From positions 45,641 to 65,640 of the IMG/VR virus record IMGVR_UViG_3300030372_002239: a stretch of DNA of 20,000 nucleotides; one strand, given 5' to 3'. This DNA is from an uncultured virus (IMG/VR IMGVR_UViG_3300030372_002239) (Duplodnaviria > Heunggongvirae > Uroviricota > Caudoviricetes). This document shows positions 1 through 7,843 of the stretch, piece after piece. Positions within the stretch are counted from its first letter, which is position 1; each line of letters starts with the position of its first letter. The translations under genes were made by a program, and so were the position numbers. Below the pieces are notes generated by a model. That model was given only the letters and a program-made list of their open reading frames with translations, had not been told where the DNA came from and searched no databases.

Positions 1-170
1 ATGTTCAATGGCCCGTAGTCCAATTGTTTCGCGTCAAGCAACTTAACACAATCGAGTGCGTTTAGAAATGCTTGATTGCCAGCAATTGTAATTAGTGAGA
101 TGTCAATGTTGGTTTGTTCACCGTCCATTGCGTTCATAGTCATTTTGGTTTCTCTCTCGAAACTATTCAT
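1..170 (-). CDS. 5' part of a protein resembling DUF1599 / nucleotide modification-associated domain 1 (runs off the window)
   Basis: Manual translation from ATG at 170 (alternative 143): MNSFERETKMTMNAMDGEQTNIDISLITIAGNQAFLNALDCVKLLDAKQLDYGPLN...; open to the window edge. The K-x-x-DYG-x-x-N motif is typical of this phage family. Start overlaps the stop of 163..1068. Confidence 0.5.
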   Translation of the reverse strand, partial: MNSFERETKMTMNAMDGEQTNIDISLITIAGNQAFLNALDCVKLLDAKQLDYGPLN

Positions 171-1068
171 TGAAGTTTAGTGGGTTATATTTTTTAGTGT
201 AAAAGTCGTTCTCGATTACTGCTTCACCAAAGTCTCCAGCGTTGCAGATTCTAGTGAACTTGCACATTCCGAATTTGGTTTCGCAGCAGTTAAAATTAGG
301 CAGAAAGTATTGTTTATCTTCCTTGATGTTCTTGGTAAGTAGCTCGACGAAGTTGACGAGAGTCTCAGTAAGATGCTGCTCAAAGTATGCGAGCTTCTGA
401 TTTGAGTAATCTAGGATTGCGCTTCGCTGAAACTTGTTGCGACCAGAGCGAGACAAAAAGATGCCGTTGATAAGTGCTTGATAGTTTCTTTCGGGGAACA
501 GCTTGCGCATCACCAAGGTATACAACATGAGTTGCGTAGACATTTCATATGAAGCCAAGTAACGGTCAACTGTTGTGACTGCCGTTGACTTGTGATCGCA
601 GATAACATTCTGGCCAAAGTATGTACCAATGAAGTCAATTGTTCCGCAAAGAATGATGTCGATGAACCCGTTTGTGTAAAAGGGATAAGCAAACTTCATT
701 TCAAGAAGCGGTTTACCTTCGTGCTTCTCTACCTTGAGTCCGTCTACGTCTGAGTAGTGATCAAAGTATTGCGTGATACAGTTGGCGAGATGCCCTTGAG
801 TGCGCCAGTCATTGACGGGAACGTGAATGTCTGGATTAGAAAAATGTGTTAACGCTTCATTCATAGACTGAACCTTATCACCAGTTGCGTAATAAGATTC
901 TAGTGCCTTGTGATATGCCGTGCCGTATTCCATCTTGTGATTCATGTAACTACTACGCAAACCTCTTACAGTTGTATAGTAGAACTTGAGGGAACAGGCA
1001 GATTCTTTGTAGGCAGATGCGTCTATGCGAAGAATGTAGCGGTCTTCAGCTTTCTCTAGTTTAATCAA
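163..1068 (-). CDS. PD-(D/E)XK superfamily nuclease, Cas4/RecB-like phage exonuclease
   Basis: N-terminal 'DASAYKESAC..KFYY' and 'GTAYH', catalytic 'GTIDFI...ICDHKST', 'QLMLY', and a C-terminal Cys cluster (CCETKFGMCKFTRIC) consistent with an Fe-S staple. TTG start overlaps the upstream stop. Confidence 0.85.
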   Translation of the reverse strand: MIKLEKAEDRYILRIDASAYKESACSLKFYYTTVRGLRSSYMNHKMEYGTAYHKALESYYATGDKVQSMNEALTHFSNPDIHVPVNDWRTQGHLANCITQYFDHYSDVDGLKVEKHEGKPLLEMKFAYPFYTNGFIDIILCGTIDFIGTYFGQNVICDHKSTAVTTVDRYLASYEMSTQLMLYTLVMRKLFPERNYQALINGIFLSRSGRNKFQRSAILDYSNQKLAYFEQHLTETLVNFVELLTKNIKEDKQYFLPNFNCCETKFGMCKFTRICNAGDFGEAVIENDFYTKKYNPLNFNE

Positions 1069-1225
1069 GTTTGATCTTTCCTCTAGTTTTCTTTTGTACT
1101 TTCAGTTCTTCTAAATCGTCCGGTCTTGAGATTTTTAAGTAAGGTGCTAGGTGTTCTTGCAACTTTGAGTCAGGCATTGCCTCTAGTTCCTCGACTGAAA
1201 TCTCCAGCAGTTGTTCTATTGTCAT
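1061..1225 (-). CDS. small hypothetical protein, 54 aa (not in ORF track)
   Basis: Manual translation MTIEQLLEISVEELEAMPDSKLQEHLAPYLKISRPDDLEELKVQKKTRGKIKLD; fills the gap and overlaps both neighbours. Confidence 0.75.
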   Translation of the reverse strand: MTIEQLLEISVEELEAMPDSKLQEHLAPYLKISRPDDLEELKVQKKTRGKIKLD

Positions 1226-1308
1226 TCAAGTCCCGATAGAATTGTGCAGATTGTTGCGAATAAAAAGTAGAGTAGTCCGAGTGCGCATAAGATGTCGAAG
1301 TAGATCAT
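1222..1308 (-). CDS. 28-aa hydrophobic (single transmembrane) micro-protein (not in ORF track)
   Basis: MIYFDILCALGLLYFLFATICTILSGLE; ATGA start/stop overlaps at both ends (1305-1308 and 1222-1225). Confidence 0.65.
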   Translation of the reverse strand: MIYFDILCALGLLYFLFATICTILSGLE

Positions 1309-1817
1309 TTCATTACGCGAACAGAAGTGTCGGTAATATCTACTTCTGAATCTTCATTGACTAGATTGTATACGAATTCACGATCAGCTTCCGAAACAGA
1401 GACGTTACGCTCAAAGAGTTCTGTGTCCTTGGCAGTCTTGTACCAAGTTTCTAGTTCGTTCTTCCACGCAATAGAATCATTAAACTCGTAGTCTAACGCT
1501 TTGGATTTCAGCATATTTTGTACTGTGCCTTTGAAGTAGATGATGATGCCATCATCAGTCTTGCGTATGGCTACCTTGTTTCGGAGTAACGCATATTTTG
1601 CTTCGTCAAAGTTGTCTAGGATAAACTTGAATCCATCGTTGAACTTGACGTACAAAGTATTTGCTGTGTATCCGGTTTGCTTGGCGTTGACGTAAACGTC
1701 TTGTCCAGTTTCGATTAACCTATCGAGTATTGGCTGTACTTGCTTGGCCGCATTAGGACTGTAAGTAGAGCGATTAGGTTTCGGTTTTTGTTCTATTGTA
1801 ATGTTTTCGATTTGCAT
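1305..1817 (-). CDS. hypothetical phage protein, 170 aa
   Basis: Long ORF, A-rich codon usage like its neighbours, overlaps flanking genes; no recognised motif. Confidence 0.8.
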   Translation of the reverse strand: MQIENITIEQKPKPNRSTYSPNAAKQVQPILDRLIETGQDVYVNAKQTGYTANTLYVKFNDGFKFILDNFDEAKYALLRNKVAIRKTDDGIIIYFKGTVQNMLKSKALDYEFNDSIAWKNELETWYKTAKDTELFERNVSVSEADREFVYNLVNEDSEVDITDTSVRVMK

Positions 1818-2194
1818 TGATCCATGTATTTAGCAGCAGTTTCTTTATTACCCTTTGCTAGTTCTGCTTGTGCCAGCATAAAGAGTTTCTTGGCTGAAAG
1901 TTCTTTAAGCGAAGGAGTCCACTTTACAGCTTCATCCTGCGAGAAAAGAATTCCATCCGGTTTCTCACGATATAATTCATCCTTGAATCTCTCCAAGTCT
2001 GATGTCGGTAGGTTCTTTGGTAAACCATTCTTAACCTTGGCACGAATGCGTAACTGAGCTTGTTGATTTATAAGGGCGATTGTTGTTTTCTCACCGTAAG
2101 CCTCAACAACTTCATCAATAGACTCAAAGACCGGAGTATAAAACCCGAAACCCTTGAAATCCCCGTCGATAAACTGTTCTTTTTTATAGGTCAT
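1793..2194 (-). CDS. hypothetical phage protein, first gene after the minus-strand sigma54 promoter
   Basis: ORF track 1793..2200 (TTG); in-frame ATG at 2194 preferred. No recognised motif. Confidence 0.8.
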   Translation of the reverse strand: MTYKKEQFIDGDFKGFGFYTPVFESIDEVVEAYGEKTTIALINQQAQLRIRAKVKNGLPKNLPTSDLERFKDELYREKPDGILFSQDEAVKWTPSLKELSAKKLFMLAQAELAKGNKETAAKYMDQCKSKTLQ

Positions 2195-2222
2195 TTTCAA
2201 AAAATATGACAGTTAATATATA

Positions 2223-2238
2223 AGCAACCTTCGTGCCA
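2223..2238 (-). promoter_or_regulatory. sigma54 (RpoN) -24/-12 promoter for the middle/DNA-metabolism operon
   Basis: Minus strand reads TGGCACGAAGGTTGCT, an exact fit to TGGCAC-N5-TTGCW; intergenic, correctly oriented, predicted start near 2212. Confidence 0.9.
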
Positions 2239-2260
2239 ACTTTTTTGGGGGTAGGTGATA

Positions 2261-2968
2261 TTAATAGATGATTAATTTACCCAATGTCTTGTAACGTGCA
2301 AGTATAGATTGTAGTTCTCTGTAGTTGCCGGTGAGTTTGGTTTGATCTAGGATTTGCAGCATCAATCCTTCGGGGTCTTCGACTTCTTGTTTCTTGAGGT
2401 AGAGAGTTATGTCGTCTGTTCTATCTCGGAGTGGTGATGTCTTGATGATGAAGGTTGATATGCGGTGATAGAGATCGAGTCTGAAATTTCCTACCTCGAC
2501 TTCTTTGCGTAAGTCTTTGTTGGTTGAGAACACGAAGCGACAAGTTGCATTGTGTTCCTCGGCTTCGCCTATGCGACTATACTTCTTGTGTTGAATGAAG
2601 CGTAGTAGCTTGGGTTGTAGGTGTAAGGGAAGTTCTCCGATCTCATCTAGGAATAACGTGCCTTTGTGCGCTCGCTGAACGAAACCAGTTGTGTCTCTGG
2701 TCGCTCCCGTGAATGAGCCTTTGAGGTGTCCGTAAAGAAGCGATTCAAACAAGTCTTCTTGGAGTGTAGTTACGTTTACAGGAACGAAGTTATTTTGTAT
2801 TTTGGCGTTCGATGCTGACTGCCTTTCTCCATGTAAGATTTGAGCGATAGTCTCCTTACCTGTGCCAGACTCCCCCATCACTAGGACGGGGGAATCGTGG
2901 CTGGACAGAATGTGTGCATGGTAGATTTGCTCTAGCATGAACTTGTCTTCTGTGATTAGTTCTTCCAT
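2261..2968 (-). CDS. sigma54-dependent transcriptional activator (bEBP), isolated AAA+ domain without receiver or HTH
   Basis: Walker A GESGTGKE, ESLLYGHLKGSFTGA (GAFTGA loop), Walker B LFLDEIGE, LQPKLLRF, STNKDL, R-finger FRLDLYHR, PLRDRTDDI, sensor II GNYRELQ. Confidence 0.95.
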   Translation of the reverse strand: MEELITEDKFMLEQIYHAHILSSHDSPVLVMGESGTGKETIAQILHGERQSASNAKIQNNFVPVNVTTLQEDLFESLLYGHLKGSFTGATRDTTGFVQRAHKGTLFLDEIGELPLHLQPKLLRFIQHKKYSRIGEAEEHNATCRFVFSTNKDLRKEVEVGNFRLDLYHRISTFIIKTSPLRDRTDDITLYLKKQEVEDPEGLMLQILDQTKLTGNYRELQSILARYKTLGKLIIY

Positions 2969-3150
2969 GTAACTTCTACGCCTTCTGCGTCTAATATGTC
3001 ATCCCACTTCCAATCTTGTGGGTGTTCGTGTACTTTAGGATTCCATTTGAACTTGAGATGTACTTCAACTGTATCTAACTCAGGCTCATCGTGCTGCGGA
3101 GGGTCTTGGTTCTCTCGCTGGCCCCATGCATCAAGCGACATTTGATTCAT
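2956..3150 (-). CDS. small acidic hypothetical protein, 64 aa
   Basis: Fills the gap between the DUF932 gene and the activator and overlaps both. Confidence 0.7.
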   Translation of the reverse strand: MNQMSLDAWGQRENQDPPQHDEPELDTVEVHLKFKWNPKVHEHPQDWKWDDILDAEGVEVTWKN

Positions 3151-3901
3151 CTTGTAAGAATTTGAGTACGCTACGATTGGTTCTTGCCACTAGCTCAAAA
3201 CTTTTATCCATCTCTGGTGTCAGGTTTTGCGTTACCGCATTGTATAGATTGTATACGTTACGGTCTTTATCTTGCGAGTATGTAGGATTGCGCCATATAT
3301 CCAAGATGTCCTTGCCTCGCCTTTCACCAATCTTCTTACCCTCGACCAGCTTCTCGATGATTGATTCGCCCTTTTGTTGAGTGATCTTAAAACCGTGCAA
3401 GACTCTGTAGCCTTCAACTGATGCGTCAAACTCACGCTTGGCTGAGTTGATTGAATCGTTGATATAGTCCAAGTCTAGGTTCATTGAATGTCTACCTGAC
3501 TGCTTGGTATTCATGCATGGTGAAGTCATACCGTTAGTGCAAACAAGACGTAATGCCCCTGCATCTATTGGTATACCAGAAGAACCATCGTATGAATTGC
3601 GTAACGTGACGCGCATTCCGATGATGTCTCCCTTTGCTACTTCAGCACGTTGTTCTTTGAAGTCATAGACTGCATAAAGTCTTGCCCCATTGTTGGGACA
3701 ATAGATTTTCCTCTGAAACTCACCGAGTTTCAGACAGGATTCAACTCTGTCTATTACTTCTTTATGATGAACTATCTTGTACTTATCTGAAACAAGAGCA
3801 AGATGCTCACCTGTGTCCTCGCGAAAGTTCTCGCGATGTCCTTCGATTACTTGTCCTCGTATGTTTAATACGGGACGACTCTTTACATTGAACTCATACA
3901 T
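3131..3901 (-). CDS. DUF932-family phage/plasmid protein
   Basis: Motifs 'REDTGEHLALVSDKYKIVHH', 'LRNSYDGS', 'RLVCTNG', 'SGRH' and 'VYNLYNAVT' characteristic of DUF932. Confidence 0.85.
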   Translation of the reverse strand: MYEFNVKSRPVLNIRGQVIEGHRENFREDTGEHLALVSDKYKIVHHKEVIDRVESCLKLGEFQRKIYCPNNGARLYAVYDFKEQRAEVAKGDIIGMRVTLRNSYDGSSGIPIDAGALRLVCTNGMTSPCMNTKQSGRHSMNLDLDYINDSINSAKREFDASVEGYRVLHGFKITQQKGESIIEKLVEGKKIGERRGKDILDIWRNPTYSQDKDRNVYNLYNAVTQNLTPEMDKSFELVARTNRSVLKFLQDESNVA

Positions 3902-4119
3902 TGTTCGATTAGTTTTACTTGGTTTTGTGTTAATGCTTTATCGAATTGATAAAACAAAAATTTGTTATCACTTGTACAACATTCTGCTGTACCTGTCTGA
4001 TAGATTTCGTCGATTGTTTGGTCTTCATCGGATATTACAATGAGTCCGATTTCATTTTGTAGCATATCAACGTCACTTCGCTCAAGATGATTTACTTGCC
4101 AGATGTAAGTGTGTGCCAT
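3883..4119 (-). CDS. hypothetical protein
   Basis: ORF track 3883..4143; ATG at 4119 (MAHTYIWQ) gives a shorter overlap with the upstream gene. Start uncertain. Confidence 0.65.
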   Translation of the reverse strand: MAHTYIWQVNHLERSDVDMLQNEIGLIVISDEDQTIDEIYQTGTAECCTSDNKFLFYQFDKALTQNQVKLIEQCMSSM

Positions 4120-4625
4120 GTTGGTTTCTCTCTTCGTGTCCATCGTGCGAATGGTTTGTCTAGTTGTATGTACAGCCTGTATTTTTCTACTATTGCTAGG
4201 TCATCAAAGTTTGGTTGCTTGCGACAGTTCATGTCCTTCGCTATGGCTACAGCGAACTCGGTTCTTGATCCGATAGGTGCGTAAGAATCTTTTAGGTTCT
4301 CGTAGCACCAAGCAATGAAGTCGAGAGTGTAATGGTCTTTACCCCAGCGGTATCGACGTTCTTCACCCATCTCAATGGCATGACTTATCAGCCAGCTCAT
4401 GTTGTCGCGAGTCTTGAATGTCCATTGTGTGCATGGATGGTAGCGATAGCTATGTACTCTCGGACGGCCTAGTGCATTGCGAGGACAGTCGTCTGCTGCG
4501 AGTCTGGATAAAGGAAAACCGTTGGCCAGCATTTGTGCTGACTCAACGATCATCTTGTTTATATGTTTGTCGCAGAGATTACGCGCTGCAACAATTGGGT
4601 TATCATCAGTTACAAAGATGTTCAT
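4092..4625 (-). CDS. pyrimidine-dimer DNA glycosylase / endonuclease V-like phage protein
   Basis: Starts 'MNIFVTDDNPIVAARNLCDKHINKMIVESAQML', followed by 'HPCTQW' and a C-terminal 'YRLY...KPFARWTRREKPTW', typical of this phage family. Start placed at ATG 4625 rather than 4703. Confidence 0.8.
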   Translation of the reverse strand: MNIFVTDDNPIVAARNLCDKHINKMIVESAQMLANGFPLSRLAADDCPRNALGRPRVHSYRYHPCTQWTFKTRDNMSWLISHAIEMGEERRYRWGKDHYTLDFIAWCYENLKDSYAPIGSRTEFAVAIAKDMNCRKQPNFDDLAIVEKYRLYIQLDKPFARWTRREKPTWHTLTSGK

Positions 4626-4797
4626 CGTGACAAGCCTCGTTAAACTTGAGTATCTTTTGTCCACAACTCTCACATTCTTTATGTTGCAGACCTGTTCCAA
4701 CACAATCAGTACATTTTTGACATAATTCTGCTACGATTAAGTAGCCTTTGCCTTCGCATAATTCGCAAAGATCAACAACTCTTTTTGTGTAGCTCAT
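4606..4797 (-). CDS. small Cys-rich zinc-finger protein (DnaJ-type CxxCxGxG repeats)
   Basis: CELCEGKG, CTDCVGTG and CESCG motifs in 63 aa; coupled to neighbours. Confidence 0.7.
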   Translation of the reverse strand: MSYTKRVVDLCELCEGKGYLIVAELCQKCTDCVGTGLQHKECESCGQKILKFNEACHDEHLCN

Positions 4798-4925
4798 CGT
4801 TTCTTTGGTTTTGTACGGTTCGTTGATTTAGTTCTGCTTGAATTGGCAGGACGGCTACTTGTGTGGGTAAGTTTACCAGTTTTCATCGACCGCTCTTGCC
4901 TTCGACTATAAGGTTTGTATTTCAT
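4794..4925 (-). CDS. 43-aa highly basic peptide (not in ORF track)
   Basis: MKYKPYSRRQERSMKTGKLTHTSSRPANSSRTKSTNRTKPKKR; ATGA overlaps at both ends (4922-4925, 4794-4797). Confidence 0.65.
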   Translation of the reverse strand: MKYKPYSRRQERSMKTGKLTHTSSRPANSSRTKSTNRTKPKKR

Positions 4926-5104
4926 CGTTTTCGTGTCTTTGCTTTGATGATGCAACGTGTCAATTTTCCGTTCCAGCTATCTTGGCGTAAGGATTGATTA
5001 GGATTTTCAGTAACGCTCGGACTATCCAGTTTAGTCCAGTTTCTTGCTCTGTCTGGTATGTCTACCAGTTCGACGTTTCCGTTAACTATTGTTCTTGCTT
5101 TCAT
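4922..5104 (-). CDS. hypothetical protein, 60 aa
   Basis: Part of the contiguous overlapping minus-strand gene chain. Confidence 0.65.
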   Translation of the reverse strand: MKARTIVNGNVELVDIPDRARNWTKLDSPSVTENPNQSLRQDSWNGKLTRCIIKAKTRKR

Positions 5105-5396
5105 TAAACTTTAAGTAGTTTGGTGATCTATGAAATAGGTTGTGTACCCAATTTGCTGACTGTCTGTCTAGGTAATGTTCGTTACCTTGGATAGAGTAGT
5201 CTGGCGGGAATAGTATCTCCGTGTCTGGTAGGTCGCAATGGACGAGATGTTCTTTGTGGTATTCATGCCAGTCAGGATGTTTTTGTAGATTCTCAGGCCC
5301 GTATCCATACAAGTTGCATTCATGCAACGCGCTGATAGCCATTAGACGGGAACGGCTCGGATGTTTGAGTGCTACGGTCAAAGATGTATTGTTCAT
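5082..5396 (-). CDS. hypothetical protein, 104 aa
   Basis: Only ORF covering this interval on the operon strand; overlaps both neighbours. Confidence 0.6.
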   Translation of the reverse strand: MNNTSLTVALKHPSRSRLMAISALHECNLYGYGPENLQKHPDWHEYHKEHLVHCDLPDTEILFPPDYSIQGNEHYLDRQSANWVHNLFHRSPNYLKFNESKNNS

Positions 5397-5664
5397 GTTT
5401 CTTTTGGTATAAGCATTTCTGGATGTTTAACGTGTTTAGTAATCCGTTCAGTCTCTCGCGAGTTGTCATTGTGGGCCAGCCACAAAGTGAAATGTGGAGC
5501 GAGTTTACTGTCTGTTCTGCGATGCAATGCCCATGCAAGTAGAGTTGCGTGACATTGTCGTCAGGGAATCGCAGGTCTTTTTTGACTTCGACGCGAGTGT
5601 TGTCACGACTGAAGTTCTTGCCTTGTTTGAATGCGCGTGCAGCGTCTTGTGTTATTTTTCTCAT
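5320..5664 (-). CDS. conserved-type phage hypothetical protein, 114 aa
   Basis: 'MRKIT...NTRV...LYLHGHCIA...GWPTMTTRERLNGLL' resembles a pattern I recall from many phage early proteins; ATGA overlap with the upstream gene. Confidence 0.75.
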   Translation of the reverse strand: MRKITQDAARAFKQGKNFSRDNTRVEVKKDLRFPDDNVTQLYLHGHCIAEQTVNSLHISLCGWPTMTTRERLNGLLNTLNIQKCLYQKKHEQYIFDRSTQTSEPFPSNGYQRVA

Positions 5665-6038
5665 TTGTTGTTTTTGTAGTTTTTGTAGTCTTTATTTAAG
5701 GGGTGATTGATTACCCAGTCGTACAGTTCTTTGTTGTCGTTGTAGAGGTCGGATAGAATGCCAGAGTAAAGTGTCTTTACTGGCGAACTGATCTTGATCT
5801 TGAACTTATTGCTGAATGTATATTCGGGTTGTGACTCAGATGCCTTGCTAGAGAAGCCGCCTTGGCATCTGCGAATGCTGGTTGATATTTTACCATCGCC
5901 CCAAATGTCTTTGCCTAGTGCGGCTTGTAGTGAGAGAGCGCGACTTAATTCTCTCATAAGAGACTCGCGTTCTTCGCTTTGTTTACTTATCTTTTGGGAT
6001 AGTGCTTCCATTTTAGTTATGGATTCAGACATTTTCAT
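5661..6038 (-). CDS. hypothetical protein with N-terminal coiled coil, about 125 aa
   Basis: ORF in operon chain; heptad-like E/K/L/S N-terminus. Confidence 0.7.
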   Translation of the reverse strand: MKMSESITKMEALSQKISKQSEERESLMRELSRALSLQAALGKDIWGDGKISTSIRRCQGGFSSKASESQPEYTFSNKFKIKISSPVKTLYSGILSDLYNDNKELYDWVINHPLNKDYKNYKNNK

Positions 6039-6303
6039 GTAGAGTATTTGTTAAAGTTGTGTAAGTTGTGAGAGAGTAGCGTTCACCTGCGAGATTAGTT
6101 AAGCAGGATTCGCAAGGTTCTTTTGAGAAGTCGTCTGTCTTGTCTCCGGTCATTAAGTAACCATGCTTGGCTAGTTTATCGAGACCGTTATTTATTTCGG
6201 TGTATCTTGTTTGGGCCTCGTCTCCTTGGTAGTGGTAGTCGAGGGATGAAGCATCGCCGGTCGCGTTAAGCGTGTGGCAGTCTTGGCAGATTGTGAATTT
6301 CAT
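6025..6303 (-). CDS. hypothetical zinc-binding protein, 92 aa
   Basis: Two CxxC pairs (CQDC; FSKEPCESC...LAGER). Confidence 0.75.
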   Translation of the reverse strand: MKFTICQDCHTLNATGDASSLDYHYQGDEAQTRYTEINNGLDKLAKHGYLMTGDKTDDFSKEPCESCLTNLAGERYSLTTYTTLTNTLHENV

Positions 6304-6308
6304 GTGAG

Positions 6309-6332
6309 AAAAAAGGGGGGATTGCTCCCCCC
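6309..6332 (-). terminator. intrinsic terminator / attenuator
   Basis: Minus strand GGGGGGA-GCAA-TCCCCCC-TTTTTT just after the stop at 6340. Confidence 0.85.
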
Positions 6333-6339
6333 ATTGAAG

Positions 6340-6930
6340 TTAGGCGAATAGTGCATCTGCCTCGACATCGAGTGCATCAATCTTGGCTTGGATTGTCGCT
6401 GCCTTTTCAGCAGATTTTTCCTTGCGATGTTTAGCCTCAAGGGTGCGACGTTCCGCGAAGATTTCTTGCATCCGTTGGGCGCGAGTCTCGGAGGCTTCTA
6501 GCTTCTTGGTGAGTGCTGCTTTTCCGTCTGACTTTGTACGCTCCTTGAATGCATCCCCGTCAAGTGCTTGCGCAATGTTGGAGAGTTTCTCATCGTCGGT
6601 GTAAGAGTCTGTTCGCTTGCCGTCTATTGATTTCTTTTGGGCGGTTTTGTATTTGCCGTTATTGAGACGGTAGAAACAAGCGTCTTTTATCCATGAGTCG
6701 GCATCGTTGTCTAGGACTCCAGCTTCGTTTAGTGCCGTGATCCAATCGCGGATGTCGTTCAAGTCGTTGGTAGACTCGGAGCCTGTCTCATGCGCCCAGT
6801 ATTTGAAGGGGCCATCTTGTCCCTTGGTTGATTCAAGGAGAGTCAAGTCAAGGTTCGCGAGTGTTTCGTCGTTGTTAACCAAGGCGAGTTGGGCCTTGCC
6901 GTTTTCGTTTGTTATGATTTTGGTTTTCAT
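6340..6930 (-). CDS. early hypothetical protein, 196 aa, C-terminal coiled coil
   Basis: ATG at 6930 (MKTKIIT...); the longer start in the ORF track (6978) is the TTG of the -35 box. Confidence 0.85.
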   Translation of the reverse strand: MKTKIITNENGKAQLALVNNDETLANLDLTLLESTKGQDGPFKYWAHETGSESTNDLNDIRDWITALNEAGVLDNDADSWIKDACFYRLNNGKYKTAQKKSIDGKRTDSYTDDEKLSNIAQALDGDAFKERTKSDGKAALTKKLEASETRAQRMQEIFAERRTLEAKHRKEKSAEKAATIQAKIDALDVEADALFA

Positions 6931-6950
6931 AATAGCCCGAAGGCGAGACA

Positions 6951-6978
6951 AGACTAGCAGAGGGGGGAGGGGTGTCAA
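6951..6978 (-). promoter_or_regulatory. sigma70-like early promoter
   Basis: TTGACA (6978-6973), 16-nt spacer ending TGC, TAGTCT (6956-6951); short leader with a C-TTCG-G hairpin before ATG 6930. Confidence 0.75.
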
Positions 6979-7040
6979 CCCTTATATGAGATTTAATGAA
7001 AAAAATATTTTTTGTATATATTGATATGCTCATGGTTGTA

Positions 7041-7194
7041 TTGATTATTAAATTTATTTATTTAGATTAATCAACGGGTGGTATGCCCCCTTCTAGTAGT
7101 CTATATATATAAAGATATCTATATTTTTTTTCTATTCTGTCAACGTGTAAAGGGGGGTAGTTGATTAATCTAAATAAATAAATTTAATAATCAA
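7041..7194. repeat. perfect 35-bp AT-rich inverted repeat with 84-bp spacer; candidate origin or protein-binding hub
   Basis: 7041-7075 TTGATTATTAAATTTATTTATTTAGATTAATCAAC is the exact reverse complement of 7160-7194. Confidence 0.9.
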
Positions 7195-7228
7195 CCTTTG
7201 CCCCGTTTATTTACATTAACTAGATAAG

Positions 7229-7250
7229 AAAAAACCCCCTTGCGGGGGTT
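7229..7250 (-). terminator. intrinsic terminator
   Basis: Minus strand AACCCCC-GCAA-GGGGGTT-TTTT directly after the stop at 7256. Confidence 0.85.
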
Positions 7251-7255
7251 GTCGT

Positions 7256-7504
7256 TTATTTTTCCGGTTTGTTGAATTTCTCCTCTTCAACGTAGGCAAC
7301 GTCGGCCTTGTCGAGTTTACCTTCAAGGTAACGAATTCGCATTCTGTATTCGTTGATTTCGACTTCGTGCTTTTCGTGTACTTCGTCCCACGCTTTTTGG
7401 ATTTCATCCATTTCCCATTTAGTTGGGGCGATGTCTTCAATCAGTCGTTTGATGCCGTCAGCAATTTCGACTTTGTTCTTTAGATTATTGATGTAGTAAT
7501 TCAT
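7256..7504 (-). CDS. early acidic hypothetical protein, 82 aa
   Basis: ATG start, bounded by hairpin/terminator elements; helical, E/K-rich. Confidence 0.8.
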   Translation of the reverse strand: MNYYINNLKNKVEIADGIKRLIEDIAPTKWEMDEIQKAWDEVHEKHEVEINEYRMRIRYLEGKLDKADVAYVEEEKFNKPEK

Positions 7505-7507
7505 AAG

Positions 7508-7528
7508 AAAAAAGGGGCTTGCACCCTC
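7508..7528 (-). terminator. weak terminator-like hairpin / attenuator
   Basis: Minus strand GGGT-GCAA-GCCC-C-TTTTTT, 3 nt before ATG 7504. Confidence 0.5.
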
Positions 7529-7531
7529 ATG

Positions 7532-7735
7532 TTATGCTTCAATTGATACGCTGATGTCTCCGTCGTTTACCATGTCGCGAACCGTATCGCGTATTTCTGC
7601 GCGCCGGTCGTCTTCATTTGGTTGTGAACTGATTTCATCAACTTTTTTCTCAATTGCCTTTTGTATTATCATGGTCATTTCCGTGACAAAGTAATCGGCA
7701 AGCCCTTCAATTTGTTCTTTAGTGTTTTTGTTCAT
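7532..7735 (-). CDS. early acidic hypothetical protein, 67 aa
   Basis: ATG at 7735 (MNKNTKEQ...); the upstream extension in the ORF track runs through the promoter. Confidence 0.8.
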   Translation of the reverse strand: MNKNTKEQIEGLADYFVTEMTMIIQKAIEKKVDEISSQPNEDDRRAEIRDTVRDMVNDGDISVSIEA

Positions 7736-7758
7736 ATTTAGTGCCATGCGGCAAAGAC

Positions 7759-7786
7759 AGGTTGACATAAACAACAAATTTGTCAA
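7759..7786 (-). promoter_or_regulatory. sigma70-like early promoter (degenerate -10)
   Basis: TTGACA (7786-7781), 16-nt spacer ending TGT, CAACCT (7764-7759), then GTC and a TGCC-GCAT-GGCA hairpin before ATG 7735; same layout as the promoters at 6978 and 8163. Contains a GTTGACA-N13-TGTCAAC dyad. Confidence 0.55.
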
Positions 7787-7843
7787 CACTTTATGAAAGA
7801 AAAAATCTCATGTAAAATGCATTTATGGGTTGCGTTTCTCTGG

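Noticed and set aside
163..1068. Cas4-like nuclease as evidence for a CRISPR system
   Set aside because: No repeat-spacer array or other cas genes in the window; solo Cas4-like exonucleases are common in phages.
2038..2053. TGGCACGAATGCGTAA, a sigma54-like -24 box on the plus strand
   Set aside because: No GC at the -12 position; intragenic and antisense.
7116..7143. Fifth TTGACA (minus strand) inside the inverted-repeat spacer
   Set aside because: The hexamer at the 16-nt spacing is TAGATA with no TG extension or final T, and no leader hairpin or gene follows.
7731..7746. Minus-strand TGGCACTAAATATGAA
   Set aside because: -12 reads GA rather than GC and overlaps the start codon; explained by the leader hairpin.
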